Positions 12,634 through 23,733 are shown, counted from the first letter of the whole stretch. The stretch is 62,645 nt of DNA, filler included, from Catajapyx aquilonaris (GCA_000934665.2; 4 parts of 4 records of this genome joined end to end with filler, not necessarily neighbours in it), one strand, 5' to 3'. Program-made: numbers and translations. The notes: a model not told the origin generated them from the sequence alone.

Positions 12634-13434
12634 TTCTGTGTAGAAATTGGGTTTAGGATTCTGTGGGTATAAAAGGAAAGGAAAGGGAACATACCTGGTG
12701 AGGAGGTGGGTGCAATATCGATTATATCTAATGAGCAATCCCCAAGTCTCCTATTCCGAATTAACACGTTCGAAGGGTTTGTTTATTTTGTTGCCAACCT
12801 CCAGAATTTCCGATTTCGGTAAGTTGGCGTCATTGGAGTGTTTGTTTGTAACCAAGTCAACGAATGATTCGGCCTTAGAGATGACATTCTTTCCAATCCT
12901 TTCTGCATTCCGGTCCAGCTTGAGGAATGTCGGCTATGCCATGCTAGTTGAAACAGTTTTGTACTTCTGAAATTGCACTGCCCGCACTTACATCCCCCAA
13001 AAAGAGCTATGTTCTCTATCATGGGGCAAAGTTTTTTTTAAAAAAAAACAGCCATTATGTCACACCTTGGCAAAATATAGTTGACAGAATCTGCCATCTA
13101 ATACATATTTCAAGACGTATGTCTTTCCAGTTATTCGCTATGCAAATCCGAACGGAGGCCTCGACATACGTCCCAGGGGTGTCATTAGGGGTGGTTTTTT
13201 ACTGGGAATGTCATAAGCACATTGGAATTGACCTCCTACGTCATCCTTGGCCACAGGAGGCGGAGGTACTTTGGGAAGTTGGCATCCTGTTCTAATAATG
13301 CGCCTTTTCGTATCAACAAACCCCCTGTTCCGTTTCCATGGGAGCGGCCCTTCCCTCCTGTCAAGGCCGGAGGGGGTCAACGTCGCCCCACCCCCTCCCC
13401 CTCCCCGTCCCCCCCTCACCATCACCTGCTCCAT
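12634..13434 (-). pseudogene. Unknown reading frame upstream of and in frame with the Merlin transposase (putative intron 13065-12967)
   Basis: Joining 13434-13066 to 12966-12634 gives a protein-like frame with three TAG stops and no frameshift. No family recognised, and the intron is inferred. Confidence 0.35.
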
Positions 13435-13616
13435 CCGCCCGCCCCCTCCTGATGTCCTCCTGTCTCATGCCCCCCCACCCACCCTCTTACCCACACCCAC
13501 CCACCCTCTCTCTCCCTCCCCCCCCCCNNNNNNNNNNNNNNNNNNNNNNNNCCCCCCCCCCTTCATTACACTTTCGTCATTTCATTTCATACAAACACAA
13601 TTTTAAAAAAAAAAAC

Positions 13617-13697
13617 GTCGCCTAGGCAACCACGTTCGATCGAAATAAACAAAAGGAGGAAGGGATAGGGGGGGAAACGGGAGGTTGCCTAGACAAC
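13617..13697. promoter_or_regulatory. Two RFX X-box-like palindromes
   Basis: GTCGCCTAGGCAAC (13617-13630) and GTTGCCTAGACAAC (13684-13697) fit RYYNYY-N1-3-RRNRAC. Confidence 0.45.
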
Positions 13698-14776
13698 GGC
13701 CCCCCTTCCAAGTCAACATTCAACAACCTGTTCCATTTTTCAATCAGTCTGGGTGCAACTTTCAGAGCGATCGGGTGGGAGGTAAGGCCTCTCCCTTAGA
13801 ACAGAGCAGTACAGCTGTACGGGTGCAGGTCTCCGTCCGGATTGGGGTCGACTGAGGTCACCTGTCCACAGACGCCCCCCACACGCTCTTCCTCCACCCC
13901 TCCCGCTCCTTATTGCCCCCTCACTTTGGTCGGGCCTTGGTCGGTGGTCGATTGCTATTTGATCCGAGGATTGTTACAAATTTCCATTGTTTCGTTGGTT
14001 TACGTTGCTCTCAAAATTCATTCTCTGGTTGGTTTTGTTCGATTGCTATTATTCTGTACAGGTTATTGTTAACAGTGTTCAAAGTTCCTTGGTGTTCCAT
14101 TTCCATTTGTCCACTGCACTGTTCACTTATCACATTATTCACATTTCTGCCTGTTTCTCATTGAATTGTTCAAATTATGCATTTCCTGGTTGGTGTTCGA
14201 ATTGATACTATTTAGTTTACATTATTGTTAAGAGTGCTCACATTTTGGTTCGTGTTCCATTGCTATTTTCCCATTGCATTGTTCATAGTATTCAGAGTTT
14301 TGGAAGGTTCTGGTCCGATTTTGGTCGTACTTTAGAGTACGCAACTATTGCTCTCTCTCCCCCCTCCTCCACTCAATCTACTCCACACACATTGTTAGAG
14401 GTTTGCTTGGACTTTCTCCTGTTTTAAACTCCTTGCCACTTGCTGCTCAGTTTCGTGCCACATCCTTCGTGTTTTGTGATGGATTCTCCTCAAAGTCTTA
14501 TTATGGTGTAAGGTGTGATATCATGACTGTGTATTATGGTATAATGCTATAATGTGTATAACGGTATCACGTGTATAAGGTCTGGTATATGTACTTTGCA
14601 TGTAGTTATCGTAGTTTCCAATTGTGTTGCATTTTGTTGTTTTTTTAACTGCGTAACGTTTGGACCTCTACATTATCAACGCATTTTCACATAACATAAC
14701 TACTGTCCACTACTACATTCAGTCCCTGCACACAACCGGTGTACATTATCAAGTTCAACACCCCACCCACTTTAAC

Positions 14777-15589
14777 ATGGGCCCAAAAAAAAGTAGTTGC
14801 ATTGGCAGAAGCTCATCGGATGCACGTAGAGTTCGGCAAAGGAGGGAACGAGAGACTGAGGAAGAACACCAGGCACGTCTGAGTGCTAAAGCTTCCAGCT
14901 ATTCGAGAAAAAGAGAGCAGGAGAGTGACGTGGAACGTCAGGCCCGTCTCAGTGCTGATGTCGCCAGACACTCCGCCAGCAGACATAATGAGTCTGTTGA
15001 AAAAAACCAAGCCCGTCTCGGTGCTGATGCCGCCAGACACTCCGCCAGCAGACAGAATGAGTCTGCTGAAGAAAACAAAGCCAGACTCCACTCTTTGAGA
15101 AACGCGGCCATCAACCGGAGATTTGCTCCATTTTCATCTACCCATCTCCTAAATGGCGCTTTCCACTACTCAGCAGACGCTGACTATTCTTCTGTCAATG
15201 TTGTAGCAATTGGTCCCATGTCCGAGGTATGCCAACACTGTCAGGCAAAGAAGTGGAAGGGTGAAACCAAATCGATCTGTTGCTCCAATGGAAAGGTTAG
15301 CCTTCCTCTCCTGGCTGAGCCTCCACAGCAACTTAAAATGCTCCTCTCAGGTACATCACCCAATTCAAAACATTTCCTGAAGACCATCAGAAATTACAAT
15401 TCGGCCTTCCAGATGACATCTTTTGGGGCCAACGTTGTTAGAGAAGGGAACTTCATGCCTACATTCAAAGTGCAAGGCCAAATTTACCATCTCATGGGAT
15501 CACTCCTTCCTTCAGAAAATCAGAGTCCGCGGTTTCTGCAGCTTTACTTCGTGGGGAACATGCAACAGCAGGCGGAATACCGTTGCACC
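14777..15589 (+). mobile_element. Helitron Rep/helicase ORF, N-terminal part (cut by contig end)
   Basis: 23-aa STPR-like repeats (E(S/T)xxExxARL), CQHCQAKKWKGET..CCSNGKV zinc-finger-like motif, IRNYNSAFQMTSFG, FKVQGQIYHLMGSLLP, FLQLYF. Frame is open up to the Ns. Confidence 0.92.
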
Positions 15590-15689
15590 NNNNNNNNNNN
15601 NNNNNNNNNNNNNNNNNNNNNNNNNNNNNNNNNTTAATTAATTAANNNNNNNNNNNNNNNNNNNNNNNNNNNNNNNNNNNNNNNNNNNN
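15590..15689. other. Artificial contig linker
   Basis: 44 N + TTAATTAATTAA (stops in all six frames) + 44 N. Confidence 0.97.
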
Positions 15690-16234
15690 CCGTCAGCTAG
15701 TGTGAACCCAGCTTTATGCTCTAACATTTTTACGTGAAATCAAAATGATCGTGCGTCAATATTTGTGATCTACGAGTTTTTTTTTTGCATAATCGTCAAT
15801 AAAAGTAGCTGGTAACCTCCGTATATGTCGTGTGGAACCACTTTTTATACCCAGACCGCATCATATATCGCATAATTACGTAGGCTACAATGTGCAACAT
15901 ATGCTGCTACATGTTGCTAATCGTGTCGCCAACCGGCTGTGTACAGTACGTATCATTTGATCTTGTACTCCTCTGATTTGCTGATTTTTGCTACTTGAGT
16001 TGAAAGGTTTGAGTAACGTTTTACGATATATGGTTTAAGTACGTATATTATTCATTGCAAGTGTTGTCTTGTTTTTGTATCTTCATATATTAATGATCAG
16101 TATTGACTGAGTGCTACCCACTTGTTCCTTCCCAGACATATTATATTATATTATTATGTCCTTCTTTGTTTATTCATTTTTGTGGACACCCAACTATTTT
16201 TGGAAGATCTGTTCACTTCCCATTGTTGAAATTA

Positions 16235-16537
16235 AGGGCGTGGCGCCCTTAATTTCAACAATGGGAAGTGAACCCGGTGGCCGAGTGGTTAGCGCCGCAG
16301 CCTTCCACCTCTAAGGTCCCGAGTTCGATCCCCGGGTCGGACGGAGGATACTTATGTGGATAGAGTTTCGATGGGTTCTCTCCGTGTTCGCGTGGGGTTT
16401 ATCGGAGTTCTCCCGTTTCCTCCCACTATCAAAATCCATCACATTACAGGCAAATGATTAAAATCGGTTATTCAAAAGATGATCCCCTAAGAGGCCCAAG
16501 AGGCCTATCACGGGGTATCCATTATATTATCATTATT
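16235..16537 (+). mobile_element. tRNA-derived SINE family A (V-domain type), 5' end rearranged
   Basis: A box TGGCCGAGTGG, B box GAGTTCGATCCC, (ATT)n tail. TSD ATTGTTGAAATTA at 16222-16234 and 16538-16550. Near-identical to the copy at 18330-18651. Confidence 0.9.
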
Positions 16538-16659
16538 ATTGTTGAAATTATTCGTTGTATTATATTAATTTCTTCAAATGGTGCAAATAATAGTGTGACA
16601 ATATTTTGTAACAGAGTCTGTCTTTGTATAATTTGTACAATACATCATGCTTATTGATT

Positions 16660-17012
16660 GATTTTATTTATTTATTTTACTTACCCCATTGGGAGAATCA
16701 TCGCATCGGTCCTTTAGGGGAGTGGAACACCACCATTTTTCCATCTCTATTTTCTGAATTTTTTTGGAAACACCGTGCAAGGGAGAAAGGGATGGTTGGG
16801 AAGGGAATGGGGATTTTTGGGGAGGGGACACAGGCGCAAGTGTAATGTCTCAAACTGGGCCATGTGCAGTCCCCCGGGAGGTTAGGTTGCCAGACACCTC
16901 CAAGGCGCGGGTTACAGACCCCCCTGACGCAACCGAAGGGGAAATCCCTGGCGGGGATCGAACCCGATCAGCAAGCCGAGAGCCGTTACCAGCTCGGCCA
17001 CAGCACCTCCCC
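16660..17012 (-). mobile_element. tRNA-derived SINE (family C)
   Basis: Minus strand: A box TGGCCGAGCTGG, B box GGTTCGATCCC, 3' CCCCTAAAGG...GGGGTAAG followed by a (TAAAA)-like tail. Confidence 0.7.
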
Positions 17013-18329
17013 ACAATACTGACTTTTGTCCTTCATTTGCTTCGGAGTGCTTCATTCTGGGAAACACGTCTGCGCTTATGTACAGTACCGGAACCTGATT
17101 CCGAATAGGGATCGGAAGATTATTGCCTCATACATTCTTAAACTGACACTTTTTCCATTTTGGACAAATTCTGGGAGACACACTCTATATTGCATTGTCA
17201 GGTCTGAGTCACACGAAATTAAAAGAGTAATCCACATGAATAGCATAAGGTGACCCATGGGACGGGTAATTCGAGCTTTTAAAAATCAGTAAGAATTGCA
17301 AACGTCAGGTGGAACTTGCCCTTCTGCGGCCGATACAATGTTGAACACAGGATTGTTAAGGAATGTGGACTACTCCTGTAGCAGGTACTGTACATGTAAG
17401 TGTCGCTGGTTTTTTAAATAAAAAATTCACGAGATAGGAACAAATGGATCTGGCGGTGGAACAACGGGGAACTCAGTCAGAACAAGCGATACGCAATGTT
17501 TTTGTGCCAAATATGTAGTTGGTGGTGCCGGTCGTCAATTTGGCACCGCCAATTTATTTTTTAAATAAAAAGTTTCCGTGATTGGAACAAATTGATCTGG
17601 CGGTGGAACAATGTGGAACTCTCTTGGATCAATTAGACCACATCACTGGACAGGTAATTCCGACGACTGGCTACGCCAACTTCACGGACGTCTCCTCTTG
17701 TCCACCTTCGCCGGCTCGTCCCCCCCCCCCCTCTCCACCCCGTGATTCCTTCCTGTGCTACATGGTACACGAATAAAATATTAGGCCAAAATACCTCTAA
17801 ATTCCACCGTGCTATGGCCTACCTGCAGAACAGTGAGTACTGATGCACGTTGCTGAGGTAGCAGACTATGCCTTCTCGTCCTATCTCAGCAACAGGCCGA
17901 AGCTCAACTGATTCAGTCTTCACCAATATGCCTTGCGCGACATGGCCAGTTACATCCGGTTTCCCCGGGTTTTCCCCCTCTCATGTCACTGATATTCGAA
18001 TATCACTCGAAGAAGGAGTGAATGTAACTCGGAAACGAGCTGTGGCAACCACTCGATCAATTAGGAAGGTAATCACTACCACGTCGAGTGGAACGAAACC
18101 GGTAACGGATATTTTTCACTCGAATAACGAGTACCACTCCTGCGAGTACTTTTCAAAAATATCACTCCTTTCGAGTGTTTTGGTTTTCACTCTTTTTCCG
18201 AGTGCCGTTTTCACTCGATTTTATTTGCAGACAGGGTTACCATATTATTAACAAACTGTGAAACACGCGTTTATATTTGAATAGGGAGCTCCAGCGGGGT
18301 CTGTCATCATGGCTCCACGTTCAGATATG

Positions 18330-18344
18330 ATAATAATAATAATA

Positions 18345-18399
<55 letters not shown>

Positions 18400-18651
18400 A
18401 TAGGCGTGATAGGCCCCTTGGGCCTCTTAGGGGATCATCTTTTGAATAACCGACTTTAATCATTTCCCTGTAATGTGATGGATTTTGATAGTGGGAGGAA
18501 ACGGGAGAACCCCGAGAAAACCCACGCGAACACGGAGAGAACCCATCGAAACTCTATCCACATAAGTATCCTCCGTCCGACCCGGGGATCGAACTCGGGA
18601 CCTTAGAGGTGGAAGGCTGCGGCGCTAACCACTCGGCCACCGTGTCGCCCT
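18330..18651 (-). mobile_element. tRNA-derived SINE family A (V-domain type), full length
   Basis: Starts AGGGCGACACGGTGGCCGAGTGG, long (ATT)n tail, 16-bp TSD TCCACGTTCAGATATG at 18314-18329 and 18652-18667. Confidence 0.93.
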
Positions 18652-18986
18652 TCCACGTTCAGATATGTTTAGAAGGCTCCAAAGATCTAGTGTACCGAGT
18701 TTCATGTCTTTATCACCAAATGCAAGCTCACTATTCAAAATAAACGCTCACAGTCTGTTATATATGGCATAGTGACCTCCATCGGGGTCGGTAATCGTGG
18801 CCCCATGTCAGACATGTTCAGAAGCGTACAAAGACCAATTGTGGGAAGTTTCATGTTTTTATCACTGAATGCAAGGTCCTTATTCATGTAAAGGTATGTA
18901 TGCCGCACTTATTCAATTTGGCAACCCTGCGAAAGTGACCTCTAGCTGGGTCACCCAGCGTGGCCCCACGTCCAAAATAATATGCT

Positions 18987-19219
18987 CAGAACTGCCGTCA
19001 GATGCGAGAGGACCGTAACTCAATATCCACTTCCCTTGCGGCGAGAAAAGAAAGCAAGTGTTACCGAAAGCATCCAAGAGGTGGCGTTGGGGGAAGGGGG
19101 AAAAAGGAACGGCATCCCAACTCCACCTGTTGGGTGCTTTTGGTATCACTGATTTTTTTCTCGCCGCAAGGGGAAGTGGACATTGAGTTACGGTCTTCTC
19201 ATATCTGACGGCAGAGCTG
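18987..19219. mobile_element. MITE with ~100-bp inverted arms
   Basis: CTGCCGTCAGAT..ACCGTAACTCAAT..CCACTTCCC is mirrored at ~19113-19219. Confidence 0.75.
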
Positions 19220-19489
19220 TTATTATTATTATTATTTGTAAAATATCCTGTCCTTATTTTCAGAGCACAGTAGGAGTACGTGCAATCCAAAATCTAGGAT
19301 GGCGGGTTGCGGGTATATCTGGGAGCATAGTTTTAGAAGACTCAGGTTAGGGCACTCCCACCTACCCCCTGCCGATGCGGGAGTTTTGCAGAAGGTGCTC
19401 ACTTGACAGCGCCATGAGACCTTTCACTGCCCAGGTAAGTGGCGACCCTACCGGACTAGGCTGAACTCTATAGGTACAAAAGGGAAGCG

Positions 19490-19544
19490 CTACACTGGGG
19501 ACCCAACATGGTCGCCGGCGGCCATGTTGGGTCCCCCAGTGTAG
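19490..19544. repeat. Near-perfect 55-bp palindrome
   Basis: CTACACTGGGGACCCAACATGG..CCATGTTGGGTCCCCCAGTGTAG. Confidence 0.8.
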
Positions 19545-19783
19545 GGGAGGGTTTTAAAAAAATCATTTGGTAGATTGGCCTAATACAACACTTGGCATAG
19601 TTATCAACTTAATGTAATGCATTGGAAATTTCCTCTTGTCCAGTGACCTTGAACTCAGCGCACAAGGGTGGGCTACGTCGCAGAAATTTCCAGAATAGTA
19701 CGGTGCCAGAAAGATAAGGCGATGTTGCGAACTACCGCATAATCATCCCCAACTACACATTGAAATCATTTACAGGTAGCCTA

Positions 19784-20360
19784 CTCCTCGTTTTAAGCCG
19801 GGTATTGGTTGAACCAGCAACATGCGGAGTAAGGTTAAAAGGCGTAAAACGGAACAAAATTATAATGTAAGTAAATGAGATAGGTTCCAGAATTTTCAAA
19901 ATTTACCCACAAACAATACTAATGTTGCTATTTTTAATGCGGAGTATTTGAAGCATTTAATACGTAGCCTATGTTTAATGGGAGGTTCCAAGCTGAGTGT
20001 CATCAGGTTCAGAAGGTTCCTTTCAATTTATTTTTGCAAGAGCTGTAGTACACGTAGTGCACTGTAACAACGGATGCAGTGCTTCTGGGAGGGCAGACAC
20101 TAACCCAGTAACCCTATAGTACTGTATTTAGCTATGATCTCTGCCACAATGCACCACGGAAAATAATAAATGTGCCAATACTATAGGTGTAGGGTGTTCG
20201 GATTCACAAGTCCTGCAGGATAGCAGGAATGTGTTTATGCGTAGATGGTTTTGTTATTTTCACATTTGTGAGAATTTTCCTACGCAAAAAATTTCCAAAG
20301 TCATTTCGAAAGAGGTGTTAATGTGAAAAGACGTGAAACGAAGAGGCGTAAAATGAGGAG
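19784..20360. mobile_element. pogo/Tigger-like non-autonomous element
   Basis: TA-CTCCTCGTTTTAAGCC ... GGCGTAAAATGAGGAG-TA. Confidence 0.6.
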
Positions 20361-20888
20361 TATTTTAAGGGCGGTAGCCCTTAAGTAAGACCGTAGCATA
20401 GCGTTTCAACAATGAATTTTTCCTGGTTCTTCTTCTTGTTACGTTTTTTTCAATCGCCCTAACTCAGATTTTGCAGTAGGTAGAGCTTCCAAATTTTGAA
20501 CACAGATCCCCACCGTCGCGTCGTGACTTGATTTCCTACCATTTACACTTTTACTTAATTCCTCTTCAAAACGCCGCAAAAAATTTTAAACCACCAAAAA
20601 ATGCGTTTTCATTTTTTTTCTCAATAACTATTCGGAATTTGGTTTCTTCGTCAAAGGGCCTAAGGTGCAGTGGGATGGTGCGGATCTATGTTCAAAATCT
20701 CACAGTTCCCACTGCTACAGGATTGGAGCTGTGATATTTTTTACCTCTTATTTTTTCTGTCATTAATTCATTTGTTCATTATGCCATCACCTAGAAACGT
20801 CAATTCTTGTTTACCCACTAGCCATATTGTTATTAGCCAAATGTTACCCTGCCGCTGGTGTGAACGCATTGCACGTATTACAGATTTG

Positions 20889-21296
20889 CAGTTGAATCCG
20901 GATATAACAGCCTCGGCTATAACTGACTTGGTTATAAAGGCTGTCCCGGCATGCTTCCATTAGGCACTGTGTATTTTCACTCCTGATATAACAGACTCAT
21001 TCTCACCTCACCTCGGGTATAACAGACCATTCCTTGGACCCTCGGTGGGAAAATATTGCAAAAAGGAGACGGCAGAAGGAAATTTCGGATATTTTGGTCC
21101 TGCATAATTTTCGGGTGAGCCAATATTGCATTTGTGACAGATTTCATTAATCGGTATGTAGTCTAGTAGTGCATAGTACAGCTACATTGAAATAAGAAAT
21201 TTATGTTTTCGTTGTGTGACGATTTGGCTATAACAGACCTCGGTTATAAGACTTTTCCCGCAGTCTCTTGAAGTTTGTTTTATCCGGATTCAACTG
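20889..21296. mobile_element. pogo/Tigger-like MITE
   Basis: CAGTTGAATCCGGATA ... TATCCGGATTCAACTG-TA, with internal repeats of TATAACAGAC. Confidence 0.7.
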
Positions 21297-21943
21297 TACT
21301 ATTAAGCCAGACTAATTAAATCAGACTAACCTTTGGCTGGTAGCACTCGACTTTCGTTTTTTTACGACTATCTCTGTGAAAATAATTTTAGGGACTTCTA
21401 AGCGACGAAAATCGTCTCCAATGCATTCATAGTGCTGTTAGTGCAGACTGTATAGTGTAGACACTGTAGAGCATAAGTTACGTGTACTGTCAAAAAAGAA
21501 CTGAAATTATATCAAAAACTTTCCCTTCAGTAAAAAAAAGAGAAGTAAGACCTCCGCGGCGGAATGAAGGTACTGAAACAAGGCAGGCGCACGTAAGACC
21601 TTCACCAATTGATTTAAGCTGTACCATAGGTCTTACTCAAGCAATTCTCATGTACGGTATGAAACGTCTCGTAAAATGACTGCTGCAAACTACTCAGAGC
21701 AGTATAGGTGGGATTTTATTATGAAAGGAAAAAAATGGGAGAAAAACTAAACCCATTCTAACAGACTTGGTCCAATCGAAAAAGACCCTCTAAAATTCAC
21801 CAATTAACGTTTATATGTGAAAAATTAAACGTTAGACTTAAAATCAGCATCTAAAAGGGGTGCCAATTCTGCATGAATGTTTCATGGCAATAATTCGCAC
21901 CAATCGCATGGAAATTCAATGTGCTTAATATTGAAGTTCCTAA

Positions 21944-23306
21944 TTCCCCATAATAAACGCCTTGTCTGGAACGATTGACGTCACTCTGACGTCACTCTGA
22001 CGTAATGGCCCGTCCGCCAGTGCTGCCACCTACGCCACCTACCGGTCTTGGCGAGCGCTTAGGAACTGTCGTGACTGTGACTGCTGCCATCTTCCGCCAC
22101 CTTCCGCACTAAATAATTTTACCGTCCGCCCAACGAGATAGAATCAGGTAGAGGCCGTAAAGGTCACGTGATCTTTGGCGTCCATGCCACTTCACGGATC
22201 CGACACTAATCACGGCACTAAGTCACGGCACTAATTCATCTGGCCGCCTTTTTCCCTTCCAGCCAAAAGTCCTAACTGCCACCTATTTCCTTTCCCGCCA
22301 ATACAGGCCCCGGGTGAGTGCTGCCACCTTCTCATCACGGCACTAAATCATCAGGCCGGGGGTAGGGGGCGGCGCGGCGGGTTGTAGGTTGGGTGGGGTG
22401 GGTCAGTGGCTCACTTCTCACTCCAACATTCCTGTCGCAGACCTTGCTAAGAGAGTAATTCTAGCTCCTACCAACAAAAAGACTCTTGAAATGAATCGAT
22501 CCATTATTGACAAACTCCCTTCACAGTCTGTTGTCTATTACAGTTCCGATTCAGTCGTTTCCGAGGATCCACACGACGTCCTCAATTTTCCACCAGACTT
22601 TTTGCATGAACTCACTCCCTCAGGCATGCCGCCGCATAAGTTATTGTTGCTGAAACAAGGAGTGGTGGTGATGTTGCTAAGAAATCTGGATCCCAAACAA
22701 GGCCTCTGCAACGGCAGTCGCCTATTGGTCACTGGGCTCCATGCTAATTTCATTGCTGCCGAAATAGTGTCGGAATGCAATCGCGGTCATGTCGTTTTCT
22801 TGCCCCGAATTACCGTAGCTCCCAGTGACATCAATATGCCTTTTGTTCTCAAACGCCGCCAGTTTCCTATCATTCCAGCTTATGCCATGACGATCAACAA
22901 GTCGCAGGGCCAGACTTTTGAGCACGTGGGCATTTACCTGGATGAACCTGTCTTCTCACATGGACAGCTGTATGTGGCACTGTCCCGGTCTCGCAACCCA
23001 AGTCAGGTCAAAGTATTCCCTACTCCTACTGCTCAACAAGGAACATTGCTCTCCAACAACAGAGTCTTTACACAGAATGTTGTATATCGCGAGGTTTTAT
23101 GAAAAAGACTTTTCTCATGTCCGACTCAAGAAGTATAGCCTATACAGTATGTCCATTGATTCAATGCCACTAAATTTTTCAACCCCGTCTTACGACCAGA
23201 TATACGCTATTTTTTAGTTGTCACTCCGAGAGGCCTCTCATCCAATTTTTTCATTCCCATTGTCCTCATTGCAGGTTTTGCCAAATTTTGGCTACGGGTG
23301 CGCTAG
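21944..23306 (+). mobile_element. Internally deleted Helitron
   Basis: 5' TTCCCCATAATAAACGCCTT shared with the mini-copy at 51876-51668. 3' hairpin GCCAAA-T-TTTGGC (23280-23292), then CTAG (23303-23306) followed by T. Confidence 0.85.
22440..23102 (+). pseudogene. Helitron PIF1-like helicase C-terminal fragment
   Basis: ILAPTN, PSGMPPHKL, MLLRNL..GLCNGSRL, RRQFP, AMTINKSQGQT, VFSHGQLYVALSR, TQNVVYREVL. The Rep domain and helicase N-terminal half are absent. Confidence 0.93.
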
Positions 23307-23733
23307 TATTTCATAAAACGCTAATATGGAGTGGCTCATGGAAAATTAATGCGTGGAATTTTGGTCGTACTACTATTACTATTAACTATAGGTCTGTAGT
23401 TACTGCTAACTTAGCAGTACCATTGCACTACACTGGTACTGCTAAGTTAGAAGTAACTAGTAGTACGACAGAAATTATTCCAAAGATTTGTTTCAGAAAG
23501 GAGACTTCATGAGCAGTGAATTGGAAATTGCTTGAGTAAGACCTATGGTACAGCTTAAATCAATTGGTGAAGGTCTTACGTGCGCCTGCCTTGTTTCAGT
23601 ACCTTCATTCCGCCGCGGAGGTCTTACTTCTCTTTTTTTTACTGAAGGGAAAGTTTTTGATATAATATACAATTTATTTGGACGTCGCATCTACTGATCT
23701 AGCCTATATACTAGTGTCACTTGGTGTCGTCAT

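Larger units (their letters stand above)
21506..23665. mobile_element. Non-autonomous element with ~140-bp near-identical TIRs, carrying a nested Helitron
   Basis: 21506-21647 is the reverse complement of ~23526-23666. The same terminus recurs at 62394-62645 on another contig. Superfamily not determined. Confidence 0.8.

Noticed and set aside
11715..13434. Host genetic-code reassignment of TAG
   Set aside because: None of the intact host gene models here contains an internal TAG. That none ends in TAG is not meaningful with so few genes.
20363..20880. Helentron/HINE-like element
   Set aside because: A 5' hairpin and an internal inverted repeat are suggestive, but paired subterminal repeats and a 3' end could not be defined.
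14777..23102. One large Helitron joining the Rep N-terminus to the helicase fragment
   Set aside because: The two lie on different contigs, and the helicase fragment has its own 5' terminus at ~21944.
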